The translations under genes were made by a program, and so were the position numbers. This document shows positions 26,154-35,593 of a stretch of 64,000 bases of DNA, piece by piece (within the stretch, counting starts at the first letter, position 1; the number at the start of each line of letters is the position of its first letter). The stretch spans positions 18,549 through 82,548 of the forward strand of contig JAYKJB010000021.1 of the NCBI GenBank assembly GCA_035285325.1, written 5' to 3'. Source of the stretch: Candidatus Sericytochromatia bacterium (GTDB taxonomy: Bacteria; Cyanobacteriota; Sericytochromatia; S15B-MN24; JAQBPE01). The notes beneath the pieces are model-generated. The model searched no databases, was not told the DNA's origin, and worked only from the letters and a program-made list of their open reading frames with translations.

Positions 26154-27249
26154 AATGGGCCCTTGGTCCCCCATGCTGCTGCTTGACCGCTACATCATTG
26201 CCGAACTGATCCGCCCTTTTTTGCTGGGCGTGATCGGTTTTGTCGTGATCATGCTGGCGAACACGCTCTACCTGTACGCCGAACTCATCGTCCACAGTGG
26301 GGTTTCGGTCGAAGTGGTGGCCAAGTTGCTGGGATACAACCTGCCCGCCATCGTCGTGGTGACCTTCCCGGTCGCCTACCTCTTCTCGACCTTGCTGGCG
26401 ATCGGCCGGCTGTCGAAAGACAGTGAAGTCACCGCCATGCGCTCGGTCGGCATCAGCTTTCGCCGCATCCTGATGCCCATTCTGGGCGTCTCGTTGGTGG
26501 TGAGTTACGCGGCCTTCTGGCTGAACGATGCTGTCGTGCCCTGGGCCAACCGTCAGACCGTCGACCTGGTTCGCGAGATGGTCCTGCATCAGGGAAAGCC
26601 GGTTTTGAAGGAGAACATCTTCTTCAAGGGGGCCAAGGAGAACCGCTATTTCTATGTCCGCCAGGTCGATCGGCGGACCAATTACATGTATGACGTCTTC
26701 ATTTTCGATAAGCGGACGGGTGGGCAGACCGTCACGATTGCCAACGAAGCCCAGTGGGTAGGCGATACCTGGCTGCTCAAGAACGGGGTGATCTCCCACT
26801 ATGACGAGTGGGGAGCCGTCGATCGCGAGGAGGCCTTCACGGAGTTATCCGTCGTCGTGGCCCTCAATCCTGACGCCTTCTTTGCCGCAGGGGAACGAAG
26901 CCCGCAGGAGAAGAGCAGCAGTGAACTCGCTTCAGAAATCGACACCTTGCGCGGGGGGGGGACGGACACCAAGGCCATGGAAGTCGACTATCATATGAAG
27001 TTCTCCTTGCCCCTGGCCACCTTTTTCTCTGCCATGTTGGCGGCCCCCCTGGGCGCGCAGTTTTCGCGGATGGGGGGCTACATCGGGGTGGTCTTCTCCA
27101 TCATCTTGGTGTTCATCTACTACGTGGTGATGTCTGTGGCGCGCTCTATGGGGAACAACGGCGTGTTGGACCCCATCACGGGCGCGTGGATTCAGAACTA
27201 CCTGTTTGGGGTCGTGGGAGCCTTTCTGCTGTGGCGGATCGACCGCTGA
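26146..27249 (+). CDS. LptF/LptG-family (YjgP/YjgQ) LPS-export permease
   Basis: 'MLLLDRYIIAELIRPFLLGVIGFVVIM' is the typical LptF/G N-terminus. It has six predicted TM segments with a large periplasmic loop. Confidence 0.8.
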   Translation: MFRMGPWSPMLLLDRYIIAELIRPFLLGVIGFVVIMLANTLYLYAELIVHSGVSVEVVAKLLGYNLPAIVVVTFPVAYLFSTLLAIGRLSKDSEVTAMRSVGISFRRILMPILGVSLVVSYAAFWLNDAVVPWANRQTVDLVREMVLHQGKPVLKENIFFKGAKENRYFYVRQVDRRTNYMYDVFIFDKRTGGQTVTIANEAQWVGDTWLLKNGVISHYDEWGAVDREEAFTELSVVVALNPDAFFAAGERSPQEKSSSELASEIDTLRGGGTDTKAMEVDYHMKFSLPLATFFSAMLAAPLGAQFSRMGGYIGVVFSIILVFIYYVVMSVARSMGNNGVLDPITGAWIQNYLFGVVGAFLLWRIDR

Positions 27250-30239
27250 ATCGGACAGGGTGGGCGCTCACCGCGACCGTACTGGCGTGGCTGGGTTTCG
27301 CACCGCAGCAGGTGGCGGCTCAGTCTGCCATCGGCCCGGATGCCCAGCGCAGCCCGGAGCCGGTTCGACCGATCGTGCCCGGCACGCCGGCGCCTGGAGT
27401 ACCGGAGTCTTCCCCGACCCCTGAGGGGCCTCGGGTCAAGGTGCGCGGTGACACCCTCTCGTTCGACCGCCAAAAGGGATTGACCCGTTTTCGCGGCAAT
27501 GTTCACGTCGAGTACGGGGCCACCTTGATCGACAGTGAAGAACTGTCGGTGGATGCCAAGGCCAAGGTGGTGTTCACGGATGCCCGCTTCACCCTCGTGC
27601 AACCGGACCCCAAGGACGCCACGCGGCGGCAGGTGATCACGGGGACCGGGCTGCGGTACAACTACGAGACCCAAGAAGCCGACGTCAAGTCGGCGAACGT
27701 GGCGGCTCCGGCGGAATTTGCCGGACAGACCGTCCACATCCGAGCGAAAGACCTGCACGGCTCCGGGCAGTCGCGCTGGGAGGCCAGTCACGCAGTCTTC
27801 AGCACCTGTGCCGAGTTGGCCGATGAGCAGGTGCCGCATTATCACGTCGAGGCCAGGCTGATCCAGTACGAGGCCGGCGAGAAGATCGTGTCCTGGGACA
27901 ACCGCGTCTACCTGAACGGTCGATACACCTTCTGGCTCCCGGTCTGGGTGATACCCCTGAAGCGGGAGCAGAACGACCTGAACATCGGCCGAAGTGAGGT
28001 GGAGGGGTTCTACCTCCGCTCGGCCTACGCCTACACGCTTCCCAGCTTGAACCAGGGGTACTGGTTGAACTCCGGACGGCTCACCGCCAACCTGTTCGAG
28101 AAAAAGCCCGTCGGGCTCGGCGTGGAGCATACCGCGACCTGGGGCTACGACGGCGCCACCTACGCCTTCTTCTATGGGCTGCTGACCCCCGATCGCAGCA
28201 ATTTTCTACCGCCGACCCAGACCCTCGGCGAAGCCGAAGCGGAACGCGCCATCAGGCAGGGCTATGCGCTGTTTGGCCTCAACGGTCAACCCTTCCAGGA
28301 CCGCCAGTGGGGCATCGAGCACAAGCAACGCTTGTTTGGCGACGTGGAACTCGACGGGCGCTTCGAAGACCACAACATCTATGACCCGATGTCCCACAAC
28401 TTCCGGGTCAACCGCCAGAGTTCGCGCGTCAGCCTGAAAGACCGCCTCGAAGGCCTCGGTCTGAATTACGACGTGGGCTATGACGGCACCCGCCAGCGAG
28501 GCAATCAGAGCAACACGGACAAGCTCTCGCAGAGCCACTCGGACCGGGCCCGGGGCAACATGAGTTTCTCCGTGCTCAACACCGACTTCAGGCTCAGTTC
28601 ACAGTTCGACCGCAATCAGCAGGTCAACCGTAGCGTGAAAGCCGTCACCCCGGAAGGGGGAGAGGCTTTGCCGGCAGGCGCGATTCCCACCTTCGAAGTG
28701 AAGGACGAACCCGGGGTGGCCAACACCAACATCACCAATGCCTTGAACGCCTCCTCCCGCCTGGGAGAGGGGACCAATGCCACCCTGAATGTGCCTTACC
28801 GGGTGCAGTTCCGGGAGTCTCCCCCCCCCACCGCCTCTCCGGCGCCCAACACGCCTGTGGCCACGCCAAGCCCGTGGGACCAGCAGGCAGAACCCCAACT
28901 TGACCTCACCCATAAGTTGAAGGGCATCGGCACCCTGCAGGTGCAGGCCCAAAAATTCCTGGACCTGACTCAGGAGGCACCAACCGTCACTCCGGTCACG
29001 GCGCCCTCCCTGACCCCCACGCAGGCGACGAGCCAGGCCGAGGAGCAGATTCGACGCTACGGAAAATTCGACAAGTTGCCGGAACTCACGCTGACGGCTG
29101 ATCCGTTCCTGAGCGAGTGGCAACCTGTCACGATGCGGGTGGGGTACGGCCGTTACTTCGAGTACGCCTCCTTCAAGCTGCCGGCCGGGCGGGTCGGCCA
29201 GCCACTGGACAAAAACTTTCCCGGCGACTACATCAACCGCTTCAATCCTGAAATCAGCCTCGGGAGTAAGTCACACGACATCGGGCTCAACAGCAAACTC
29301 GATTTCGGTGGGACCGGTTATCGTCAGTTCTTCTACAGCACGCGCGACGCGCAATACTCGATTGACCAGCGTTTGCGCCTGACCACCCAGTTTGGCGAAG
29401 GGGTCAGTTCCAATCTGAACTACACCAACAACATCACGCCGGATGTCGCGGAGCAGTTTGCCAAGGGACTCGACAAGTACGTCAACAACTCCCCCTTCAA
29501 CCTGGACCGGCTCTCCCTGTCGAAACAAACCCGTCTGACCGGCTCCCTGGACGCTGCCCGCGACCCCTGGTTCCGCTTCGCGTTCCGGGGTGGCTATGAC
29601 TACATCAACAAGCTCTACGACAACCTGAGCTCCGAGTTGACCTGGCGCACGGCTCCCTTCGGTCTGCCCCTGGGCCTTTCCCTGAACGGCCAGTACGACA
29701 TTCAGGAGAATGAAGAAGGAGGGCTGAAATTCGAGCACAAGACGCTCGACATGCCCTGGTTACCGAAGCTGCCGACCTACGGTATCGCCGGCAAGTGGTT
29801 GCCCATGCAAGGGACGTTGACCTTGCGCTCCACCCCGGAAATATTTGGCGGGGCTTACGGGGCCGACAAGATCGAGCCCGGTTGGCAGATCGACAGCCAG
29901 CTGGCCTACGATTTCGACAAGGGGCTCTGGCAGAGTCTGGTCAATCGCCTGTATATGACCTTCGGCAATCACTGGACCAACCACGTGCAATTCGTGCTGG
30001 GCGGTTATTACGACCTGACGGAAAAGCAATACAAGTTTTCCCAGATCGGCATCACCAAAGACCTCCACGACTTCGTCCTGACGGCTCAGTACGACCGTCT
30101 GGCCAGTTTTTATTCCGTGTCCCTCACGATGCTGGCCTTCCCGTCTCAACCGCTCAACTTCACCAGTAACACCTTCGATCGCCGTTCAGGTGCTGGCGGA
30201 GCCGCATTCGGTGCGATGCCGAGCCTGCCAGGATTCTGA
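27231..30239 (+). CDS. lptD: LptD/OstA-like outer-membrane LPS-assembly protein
   Basis: Signal peptide 'WALTATVLAWLGFAPQQVAAQS'. OstA N-terminal jellyroll 'VRGDTLSFDRQKGLTRFRGNVHVEYGATLIDSEELSVD…' is followed by an Asn/Tyr/Gly/Phe-rich beta-barrel of about 750 aa. It sits next to the LptF/G-family gene. The GTG start at 27231 was chosen, and the track ORF starts at 27186. Confidence 0.65.
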   Translation: MADRPLNRTGWALTATVLAWLGFAPQQVAAQSAIGPDAQRSPEPVRPIVPGTPAPGVPESSPTPEGPRVKVRGDTLSFDRQKGLTRFRGNVHVEYGATLIDSEELSVDAKAKVVFTDARFTLVQPDPKDATRRQVITGTGLRYNYETQEADVKSANVAAPAEFAGQTVHIRAKDLHGSGQSRWEASHAVFSTCAELADEQVPHYHVEARLIQYEAGEKIVSWDNRVYLNGRYTFWLPVWVIPLKREQNDLNIGRSEVEGFYLRSAYAYTLPSLNQGYWLNSGRLTANLFEKKPVGLGVEHTATWGYDGATYAFFYGLLTPDRSNFLPPTQTLGEAEAERAIRQGYALFGLNGQPFQDRQWGIEHKQRLFGDVELDGRFEDHNIYDPMSHNFRVNRQSSRVSLKDRLEGLGLNYDVGYDGTRQRGNQSNTDKLSQSHSDRARGNMSFSVLNTDFRLSSQFDRNQQVNRSVKAVTPEGGEALPAGAIPTFEVKDEPGVANTNITNALNASSRLGEGTNATLNVPYRVQFRESPPPTASPAPNTPVATPSPWDQQAEPQLDLTHKLKGIGTLQVQAQKFLDLTQEAPTVTPVTAPSLTPTQATSQAEEQIRRYGKFDKLPELTLTADPFLSEWQPVTMRVGYGRYFEYASFKLPAGRVGQPLDKNFPGDYINRFNPEISLGSKSHDIGLNSKLDFGGTGYRQFFYSTRDAQYSIDQRLRLTTQFGEGVSSNLNYTNNITPDVAEQFAKGLDKYVNNSPFNLDRLSLSKQTRLTGSLDAARDPWFRFAFRGGYDYINKLYDNLSSELTWRTAPFGLPLGLSLNGQYDIQENEEGGLKFEHKTLDMPWLPKLPTYGIAGKWLPMQGTLTLRSTPEIFGGAYGADKIEPGWQIDSQLAYDFDKGLWQSLVNRLYMTFGNHWTNHVQFVLGGYYDLTEKQYKFSQIGITKDLHDFVLTAQYDRLASFYSVSLTMLAFPSQPLNFTSNTFDRRSGAGGAAFGAMPSLPGF

Positions 30240-30257
30240 CCCCTACGAGGTCCCGCC

Positions 30258-31103
30258 GTGTCCCTTCCATCCTGCCTCCAGCGAGTTCCCGGTGACAGCC
30301 ACTTCCGCCGTTTTCCAGGGCCAGGCGGTCTACCGGCGCTCATCGCGTGTTTGGGGGCCGCCCTGCTGGCAGCCCCTGGTTGCGCTTACAACGCGACCGG
30401 TCTGGCCCCACCCAAGATGCTGATCGCGGAATTCAGCGTGGAGGGCGATCGCCTGGTGCCCTCCCCGAACTGGGCTTACTACCTGGTCATCGACACGAAC
30501 GGCAATCCCGAAGACGCTCCCCTGGTGAACGGCCCGGCTCCGCTCCAGTTTCCCTATCCAGACCCGCGAGCGTACCTTCCCTTCGTCCGCGACGAGCGTT
30601 CCATCTTGGACCGCGAACCCGTGGCCGTGCCCAATTCGGTGTGGTCCACCTACTTCGCCCTCTATGAGGAAGCAGGCCAGTTCGTCCTCTGGCAGGGACG
30701 ACCGAACGCCGACGGCACCATCAACGAGCGCGATCGCCAGTTGCAGCAGGGACGAGAGTGGACGATCAAAGACAACAAAACGCTGCAACTGACCTTGCCT
30801 TTCACCCTGATCCGGGAACCCGGCAAACCCTCAGACTTCGAGGACCCTCCCCAATGGGAAGCCAATCTGGCCGTGGCCCTGCGCGGCAATGCGCGCTGGT
30901 CTCGCGATTTCGTGATTGATCGCTGGGGCCAGGTCCAGAATTTCTCGTTTCCAATCCTGACGCGCCCGATCAACCAGACCCTCTATGACACCGTGGGGGG
31001 CGTCCGTTTCCCGCAAAACCTGCCGGCCGGGGTGGAGGCGCCGAACATGAACATCGTGTCGTTCACCTACCGGGTGGTTTCGGAAGCCGCTCCGCGTCGC
31101 TGA
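30258..31103 (+). CDS. Hypothetical lipoprotein
   Basis: Lipobox 'LLAAPGC' after a basic n-region. No known domain. Confidence 0.55.
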   Translation: MSLPSCLQRVPGDSHFRRFPGPGGLPALIACLGAALLAAPGCAYNATGLAPPKMLIAEFSVEGDRLVPSPNWAYYLVIDTNGNPEDAPLVNGPAPLQFPYPDPRAYLPFVRDERSILDREPVAVPNSVWSTYFALYEEAGQFVLWQGRPNADGTINERDRQLQQGREWTIKDNKTLQLTLPFTLIREPGKPSDFEDPPQWEANLAVALRGNARWSRDFVIDRWGQVQNFSFPILTRPINQTLYDTVGGVRFPQNLPAGVEAPNMNIVSFTYRVVSEAAPRR

Positions 31104-31136
31104 GGCCCTCTGCCTCCGAATTGCAGGGCGTTTTTC
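31104..31136 (+). terminator. Possible rho-independent terminator (imperfect stem plus T5)
   Basis: GCCCTCTGC…GCAGGGC followed by GTTTTT, immediately after the stop at 31103. Confidence 0.35.
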
Positions 31137-31307
31137 AGTCGCAGAACAGAATCCTCTCCCTCAATTGGAGGGGGTCCTGTAAGATCCACTTTGAAAACGA
31201 GCGGCATTCATGTCAGCACCCGTGTCATCGTGGCCTGTCACCATGAACCTCGTTGCGACCCGGCACCGCCGACGAGGTGGTCCACCAAGAACCCCAGGAG
31301 GAATCCC

Positions 31308-32543
31308 GTGTTCAAACAACTTCCACTGATGGGTGCGATGCTCGCGGCATCGCTCACGCTCTCCACGCTGGCTGGTTGCCAGACCCCCGCCACGCCGTCC
31401 ACCGACGCCAAGACGGGAAGCGCCAGTTCGTCGCCCTCGACGGCCAAGCCGTCCACGCCGGCCGCGAACACCACCGCGCCGGCCACCTCCGGGACAGCGA
31501 CCACAGGCGCTGCCGCCGAGACCAAGCCGGGCACCAACGCGCCCGCAGCCGCGCCGAAGGCCGTGGCGGACGCCGGCACCGAGCTGGCCTCCGCGCTGAG
31601 CGCCGAACGCGAAGCGGAAGACCTGGTGTTGCTGGCTGACGAGGGTGAGGCCGCCAAGTACCGCGTTCTCGTGGTGGGCGCTGAGAAGCCCAAGGAAGGC
31701 CAGGTCGGCATCACCGGTATGCTCGACGACGTCAAGGACAAAGCCGCTGCCGCCAAGGACAAGCCAGAACTGGTCAAGGCTGCGATGGCCGGCGCCGCCC
31801 TGGCGCGCCATCAGCAGCGCGTGGCGGACCTGCGTAAGGCCGCTTTCAAGGCCAAGTTGAAGGCCGACGTCAAGGCCAAGATGGACCAACGTCTCGAAGC
31901 CCGCAAGGCGTCAGCCAAGCCACGCCTGGAGAAAATGGCCGACGCCCGTGGCAAGATGAAGGAAGCGGTCAAGGCGGCTAAATGGGTGGACAATGGAGAT
32001 GGTACGGAAACCACCAGTGTCACCATCGACACCAATCGCACCGCGAATGGCAAGAGCATGGCCGGTAAGCGGACCATGGAGCGGACCCGTCGCATCGAGG
32101 ACAAGGTGCTGACCAGCGTGGTCGCCACCTTCTCGCACACGGGCCCGCAAGGCGGCAGCTACACCATGAACCGCAGCAAGACCCTGCAGGAAGATGGCAG
32201 CTACAAGGTCGTCTTCCACGCCGAAATGGCCCTGCCGAACGGCAAGACCCGGGTCACCGATTGGGAGAAGACCATCTCGGCAGACGGCGCCGTGAGCGGC
32301 ACCGGCACTCTGGTGGTCAAGAAGGGCGAAGAAACCCTCAAGACCATCAACCTGACGCTCAGCGGCAGCGAGAAGAAGGAAGTCGCCAAGGCCGAAGACG
32401 GCAAGGAGACGGCCGAAGTCACCCTGCCCGAGGAAGGTGCGCCGACGGCCGTCGTGACCGACGCCGCGGGCAAGACGGAAGCGGTGACCATCGAAGCCGC
32501 CTCAGACGGCACCGTGGTGCCGGCTGAAACCTCCGCGGTCTAG
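31308..32543 (+). CDS. Ala/Lys-rich low-complexity lipoprotein (histone H1-like repeats)
   Basis: The GTG at 31308 follows an AGGAGG RBS. Lipobox 'LSTLAGC'. There is a long KAAAK/AKLKADVKAK repeat region and a C-terminal Thr/Val-rich beta segment. Confidence 0.55.
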   Translation: MFKQLPLMGAMLAASLTLSTLAGCQTPATPSTDAKTGSASSSPSTAKPSTPAANTTAPATSGTATTGAAAETKPGTNAPAAAPKAVADAGTELASALSAEREAEDLVLLADEGEAAKYRVLVVGAEKPKEGQVGITGMLDDVKDKAAAAKDKPELVKAAMAGAALARHQQRVADLRKAAFKAKLKADVKAKMDQRLEARKASAKPRLEKMADARGKMKEAVKAAKWVDNGDGTETTSVTIDTNRTANGKSMAGKRTMERTRRIEDKVLTSVVATFSHTGPQGGSYTMNRSKTLQEDGSYKVVFHAEMALPNGKTRVTDWEKTISADGAVSGTGTLVVKKGEETLKTINLTLSGSEKKEVAKAEDGKETAEVTLPEEGAPTAVVTDAAGKTEAVTIEAASDGTVVPAETSAV

Positions 32544-32564
32544 TCGGAGTCCGATAAACCGAAC

Positions 32565-32602
32565 GAGGGTCGTTCCTCCCGGAACGGCCCTCTTCCTCTT
32601 TT
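32565..32602 (+). terminator. Rho-independent terminator
   Basis: GAGGGTCGTTCC, a TCCC loop, then GGAACGGCCCTC followed by TTCCTCTTTT. This is a 12-bp stem with one G-U pair, 22 nt after the stop at 32543. Confidence 0.55.
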
Positions 32603-32817
32603 CAGGGTCAGGCCAGGGCGAGCGCACCTTGTGGCAAAGTCACCTTCTCCGGGAGCATGGGGGAACCTGACCGAGGCCACAAGTCCTCACAAGTGCTTGC
32701 TGTCTGGGAGATGGGTATGCTGTGGCGGGAGGCTTACGCCCCGGCAGGTTCGAGGAAAGGACACACGCCTTGCGATATCATCCCGGCAGGAGCCAAGCAC
32801 TCCGCACCTGCGTCCTG

Positions 32818-34074
32818 ATGGTTGGCCTGACCGCCCCGATGCTGGGTTGTCAGAGCTCCCCCGTGGGCGCGGCGTCGAATTCAGAGGCTGGAGCAGTCCG
32901 TGAAGCGGTCGTCTTCTGGCAGCCCACCGCGACCTCCCAGCAGCGTCAGGCGCTACGCACGGCTCTACCGCCGGCCCAGTCGGTCCCCCTGACCCCCCAC
33001 GCCGAACTCTGGCTGGCGCCCCCAGGAACCTTCCAACAGGTTCGCCAGTCGTCGCTCGTGCGCGGTGTGGAACCCAACCAACGGCGTTCGCTGCTCCCCC
33101 CCCCGGCCTCGCCCGGACTGGCCTTTCGCTTGCAGGCAAGCCCCCCACTCTCCCAGTGGCACCTGAGTCGAGCTCGTTTCCCCCAGGCCTGGGCGGCCTC
33201 TCGGGGCAAAGGGGTGACCGTGGCCGTGATCGACTCGGGGGTGGATCCGAACCATCCTGATCTCAAGGCCAACCTGCTCCCACTGATTGACGAGGTCACC
33301 GCCATGGGGCGGAAAGACGTGATCGACGGCAAAAACTTCGACGGGATGGACAGCCATGGTCACGGCACCCACGTCAGTGGTCTGATCGCTGCTGTGACCC
33401 GTCCCGACGGGTCGATTTCGGGCGGAGCGCCTGAGAGCAAGATCCTGCCCGTCAAGGTGACGCCCCTGAGTGGCGAGACGGATGACGCCACCATCGCCAA
33501 AGGCATCCGTGATGCGGTCGACCAGGGAGCACGCGTGCTGAATCTGTCGATCGGCGGTCCCGAACCCAGTCCCATCCTTCTGGAGGCGCTGAACTATGCC
33601 ATTCTCAAGGGGGCGCTCCCGGTGATTGCGGCCGGCAACGATGGCGGCCGGGTCAATTTTCCAGCCGCCTACCCAGGCGTGGTGGCGGTCGGCTCCATCA
33701 CCGACTCCGGCAAGGTGGCCGATTATTCCTGCCGAGGAGAGGGGCTGGTCATCGTGGCTCCCGGGGGAGGGCAGACCGGTGGCCGAGAGGGCAGCCCCTT
33801 GCTCTCCACGATGCCGACCTACCCGGCCTTCGGTTCGAGCAGTGCGCGCGCCGGCAATGGCACCGGCACCCTCGCCGGCACCTCCATGGCCGCCCCACTG
33901 GTATCGGCCGCGGCGGCGCTCGTGATGGCCCGCTTCCCCGAGCTATCGGCCCCCCAAGTCAGAACCCGCTTGGCCGCCACCGCCAATGAGGGACAGGCGC
34001 AACGCTGGGAAGCCAACACTGGCTTCGGTGCCTTGAACGCCGAGGCCGCCGTCACGGAACGAACGGACCAATAA
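32818..34074 (+). CDS. Subtilisin-like serine protease (peptidase S8)
   Basis: The catalytic triad motifs are present: 'VAVIDSGVD', 'HGTHVSGLIAA' and 'GTSMAAPLVSAAAAL'. The ATG at 32818 is preceded by a signal-like 'MVGLTAPMLGC'. Confidence 0.85.
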   Translation: MVGLTAPMLGCQSSPVGAASNSEAGAVREAVVFWQPTATSQQRQALRTALPPAQSVPLTPHAELWLAPPGTFQQVRQSSLVRGVEPNQRRSLLPPPASPGLAFRLQASPPLSQWHLSRARFPQAWAASRGKGVTVAVIDSGVDPNHPDLKANLLPLIDEVTAMGRKDVIDGKNFDGMDSHGHGTHVSGLIAAVTRPDGSISGGAPESKILPVKVTPLSGETDDATIAKGIRDAVDQGARVLNLSIGGPEPSPILLEALNYAILKGALPVIAAGNDGGRVNFPAAYPGVVAVGSITDSGKVADYSCRGEGLVIVAPGGGQTGGREGSPLLSTMPTYPAFGSSSARAGNGTGTLAGTSMAAPLVSAAAALVMARFPELSAPQVRTRLAATANEGQAQRWEANTGFGALNAEAAVTERTDQ

Positions 34075-34150
34075 GGTGCGCTCGCCTGGGTATAATGCGA
34101 GCGCTGGAAGCGTCCGCCGTTGGTTGCTTCGGCGGAGCATCGCTCCCACG

Positions 34151-35572
34151 ATGAACAGGTTCTGCGTGTCCGTTCGCCCCAAGACCTCTGCCGCGCGGCC
34201 CGTGCCGCTGACCCCCACGGCCCGACTCCTGCTGGGCGGCCTGTGGGCACTGGCAACGGTCCAATCGTGTACGTTTCCGGACACCCGGCCCTCTCCGATC
34301 GTCTGGCCCACGCCGACGTCCCCGGCGCCCAGCGTGGCCGCGCTAGAGCCGCTTCGCCCGTCCCAACCGGTCGCCCCGGTCTACGCGGACCTGGGCTTCG
34401 AGGTACACGGGGGCGGGTTGCTGATCGATGTCCGTGCTGCCGGCAAGCCCGTGGAAGGGGCCTGGGTCCGCCTGCTCGGGCCTTCCCTGGCGGCCGGTGG
34501 CACGAAAGCGAACGGACAATTGACGCTCTCGCCCATCCTGCCGGGCAGCGATTACAGGCTTTGGATCACCACGCCGGGGCTGCAAACCGTCATCTCGAAC
34601 CCTTTCACCTTGAAAGCCAACAGCACGGACACTTTGACGCAGCGGTTCGAACTGAAAGCGGCGGGACGCCTGCGGGGGCGAGTCGTGGCTGATGGGCAAG
34701 GGGTGGCAGGCGCGGTGGTCAGTGACGGACTCAACAGCGCCGTCTCCGACCCCACGGGCGAATACGAACTGCCCGGCGTCGCGCCAGGGCAGGTGCGGCT
34801 CACCGCGAGCAAGCCCCGCTTTCAGCTCGCCAACCAGACCATCGCCGTCAGCGCAACCGTCCCGGCGGTGGCGGACTTCAGCCTGTCTCCCGCCCCGGCG
34901 ACCCTCACGCTGGACACGAGTTTGGCAGCCAATGAGACGCAGCGTCTGGCTTGGAATGATCGGTTTCGGGGGTTGAGCCGGCAACTGGCGGCGAGTGGCT
35001 GGACCATCAAGGAGGCCCCTGCGGAACCGGCCACGGTCTGGGTCCTGGCGGGCGTGGCACGCGACCTGACCCGCCAGGAGATCGAACGTCTGACCGACTT
35101 TGTGTCGCAAGGCGGCAAGCTGATTGTGCTGGGGGAATGGGGAGGAAGTGCAGGTTTCCGCACGTCAGCCGCCAATACCCTGCTGCACGGACTGGGCGCT
35201 CATCTGGCCCCTGATCTGGTCCGCGACTTCGTCAATCCCAAGAATCCCAACTGGATCACCGTGCAGCGCTTCCTGAGCTCGCATCCCAGCGTGGCCGAAG
35301 TTCGCTCCTGGCGTGTATACGGTGCCAGTTCGGTGTTTGGGCTATGGCCGCTCCAATCGTTGGCCGAAACCTCCAAAGACGCGTTCCGGCTGCAATCGTC
35401 CTCTCAAACGGCCTCGCAATCGCTCCTGGTGGGTGGTCCCTTCAAGGCCGGCAAGGTGATTGTGGTGGGGGATACCTCCTGCTTCACGGATGAAGACAGC
35501 GACCGGGATGGACAACCCAACCTCGCTGACGGCGACAATTTCCGTCTGGTTGAACGCCTCTTGTCCTGGTAA
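34151..35572 (+). CDS. Secreted hypothetical protein with carboxypeptidase-regulatory-like beta-sandwich and C-terminal DUF4350/GATase-like domain
   Basis: Signal 'ARLLLGGLWALATVQSC'. 'GRVVADGQGVAGAVVSDGL…TGEYELPGVAPGQVRLTASKPRF' matches the CarboxypepD_reg pattern. The C-terminal 'LIVLGEWGGS…VVGDTSCFTDED' is flavodoxin-like. Confidence 0.5.
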   Translation: MNRFCVSVRPKTSAARPVPLTPTARLLLGGLWALATVQSCTFPDTRPSPIVWPTPTSPAPSVAALEPLRPSQPVAPVYADLGFEVHGGGLLIDVRAAGKPVEGAWVRLLGPSLAAGGTKANGQLTLSPILPGSDYRLWITTPGLQTVISNPFTLKANSTDTLTQRFELKAAGRLRGRVVADGQGVAGAVVSDGLNSAVSDPTGEYELPGVAPGQVRLTASKPRFQLANQTIAVSATVPAVADFSLSPAPATLTLDTSLAANETQRLAWNDRFRGLSRQLAASGWTIKEAPAEPATVWVLAGVARDLTRQEIERLTDFVSQGGKLIVLGEWGGSAGFRTSAANTLLHGLGAHLAPDLVRDFVNPKNPNWITVQRFLSSHPSVAEVRSWRVYGASSVFGLWPLQSLAETSKDAFRLQSSSQTASQSLLVGGPFKAGKVIVVGDTSCFTDEDSDRDGQPNLADGDNFRLVERLLSW

Positions 35573-35593
35573 TTTGCCGTGCGCGCAATTTAG

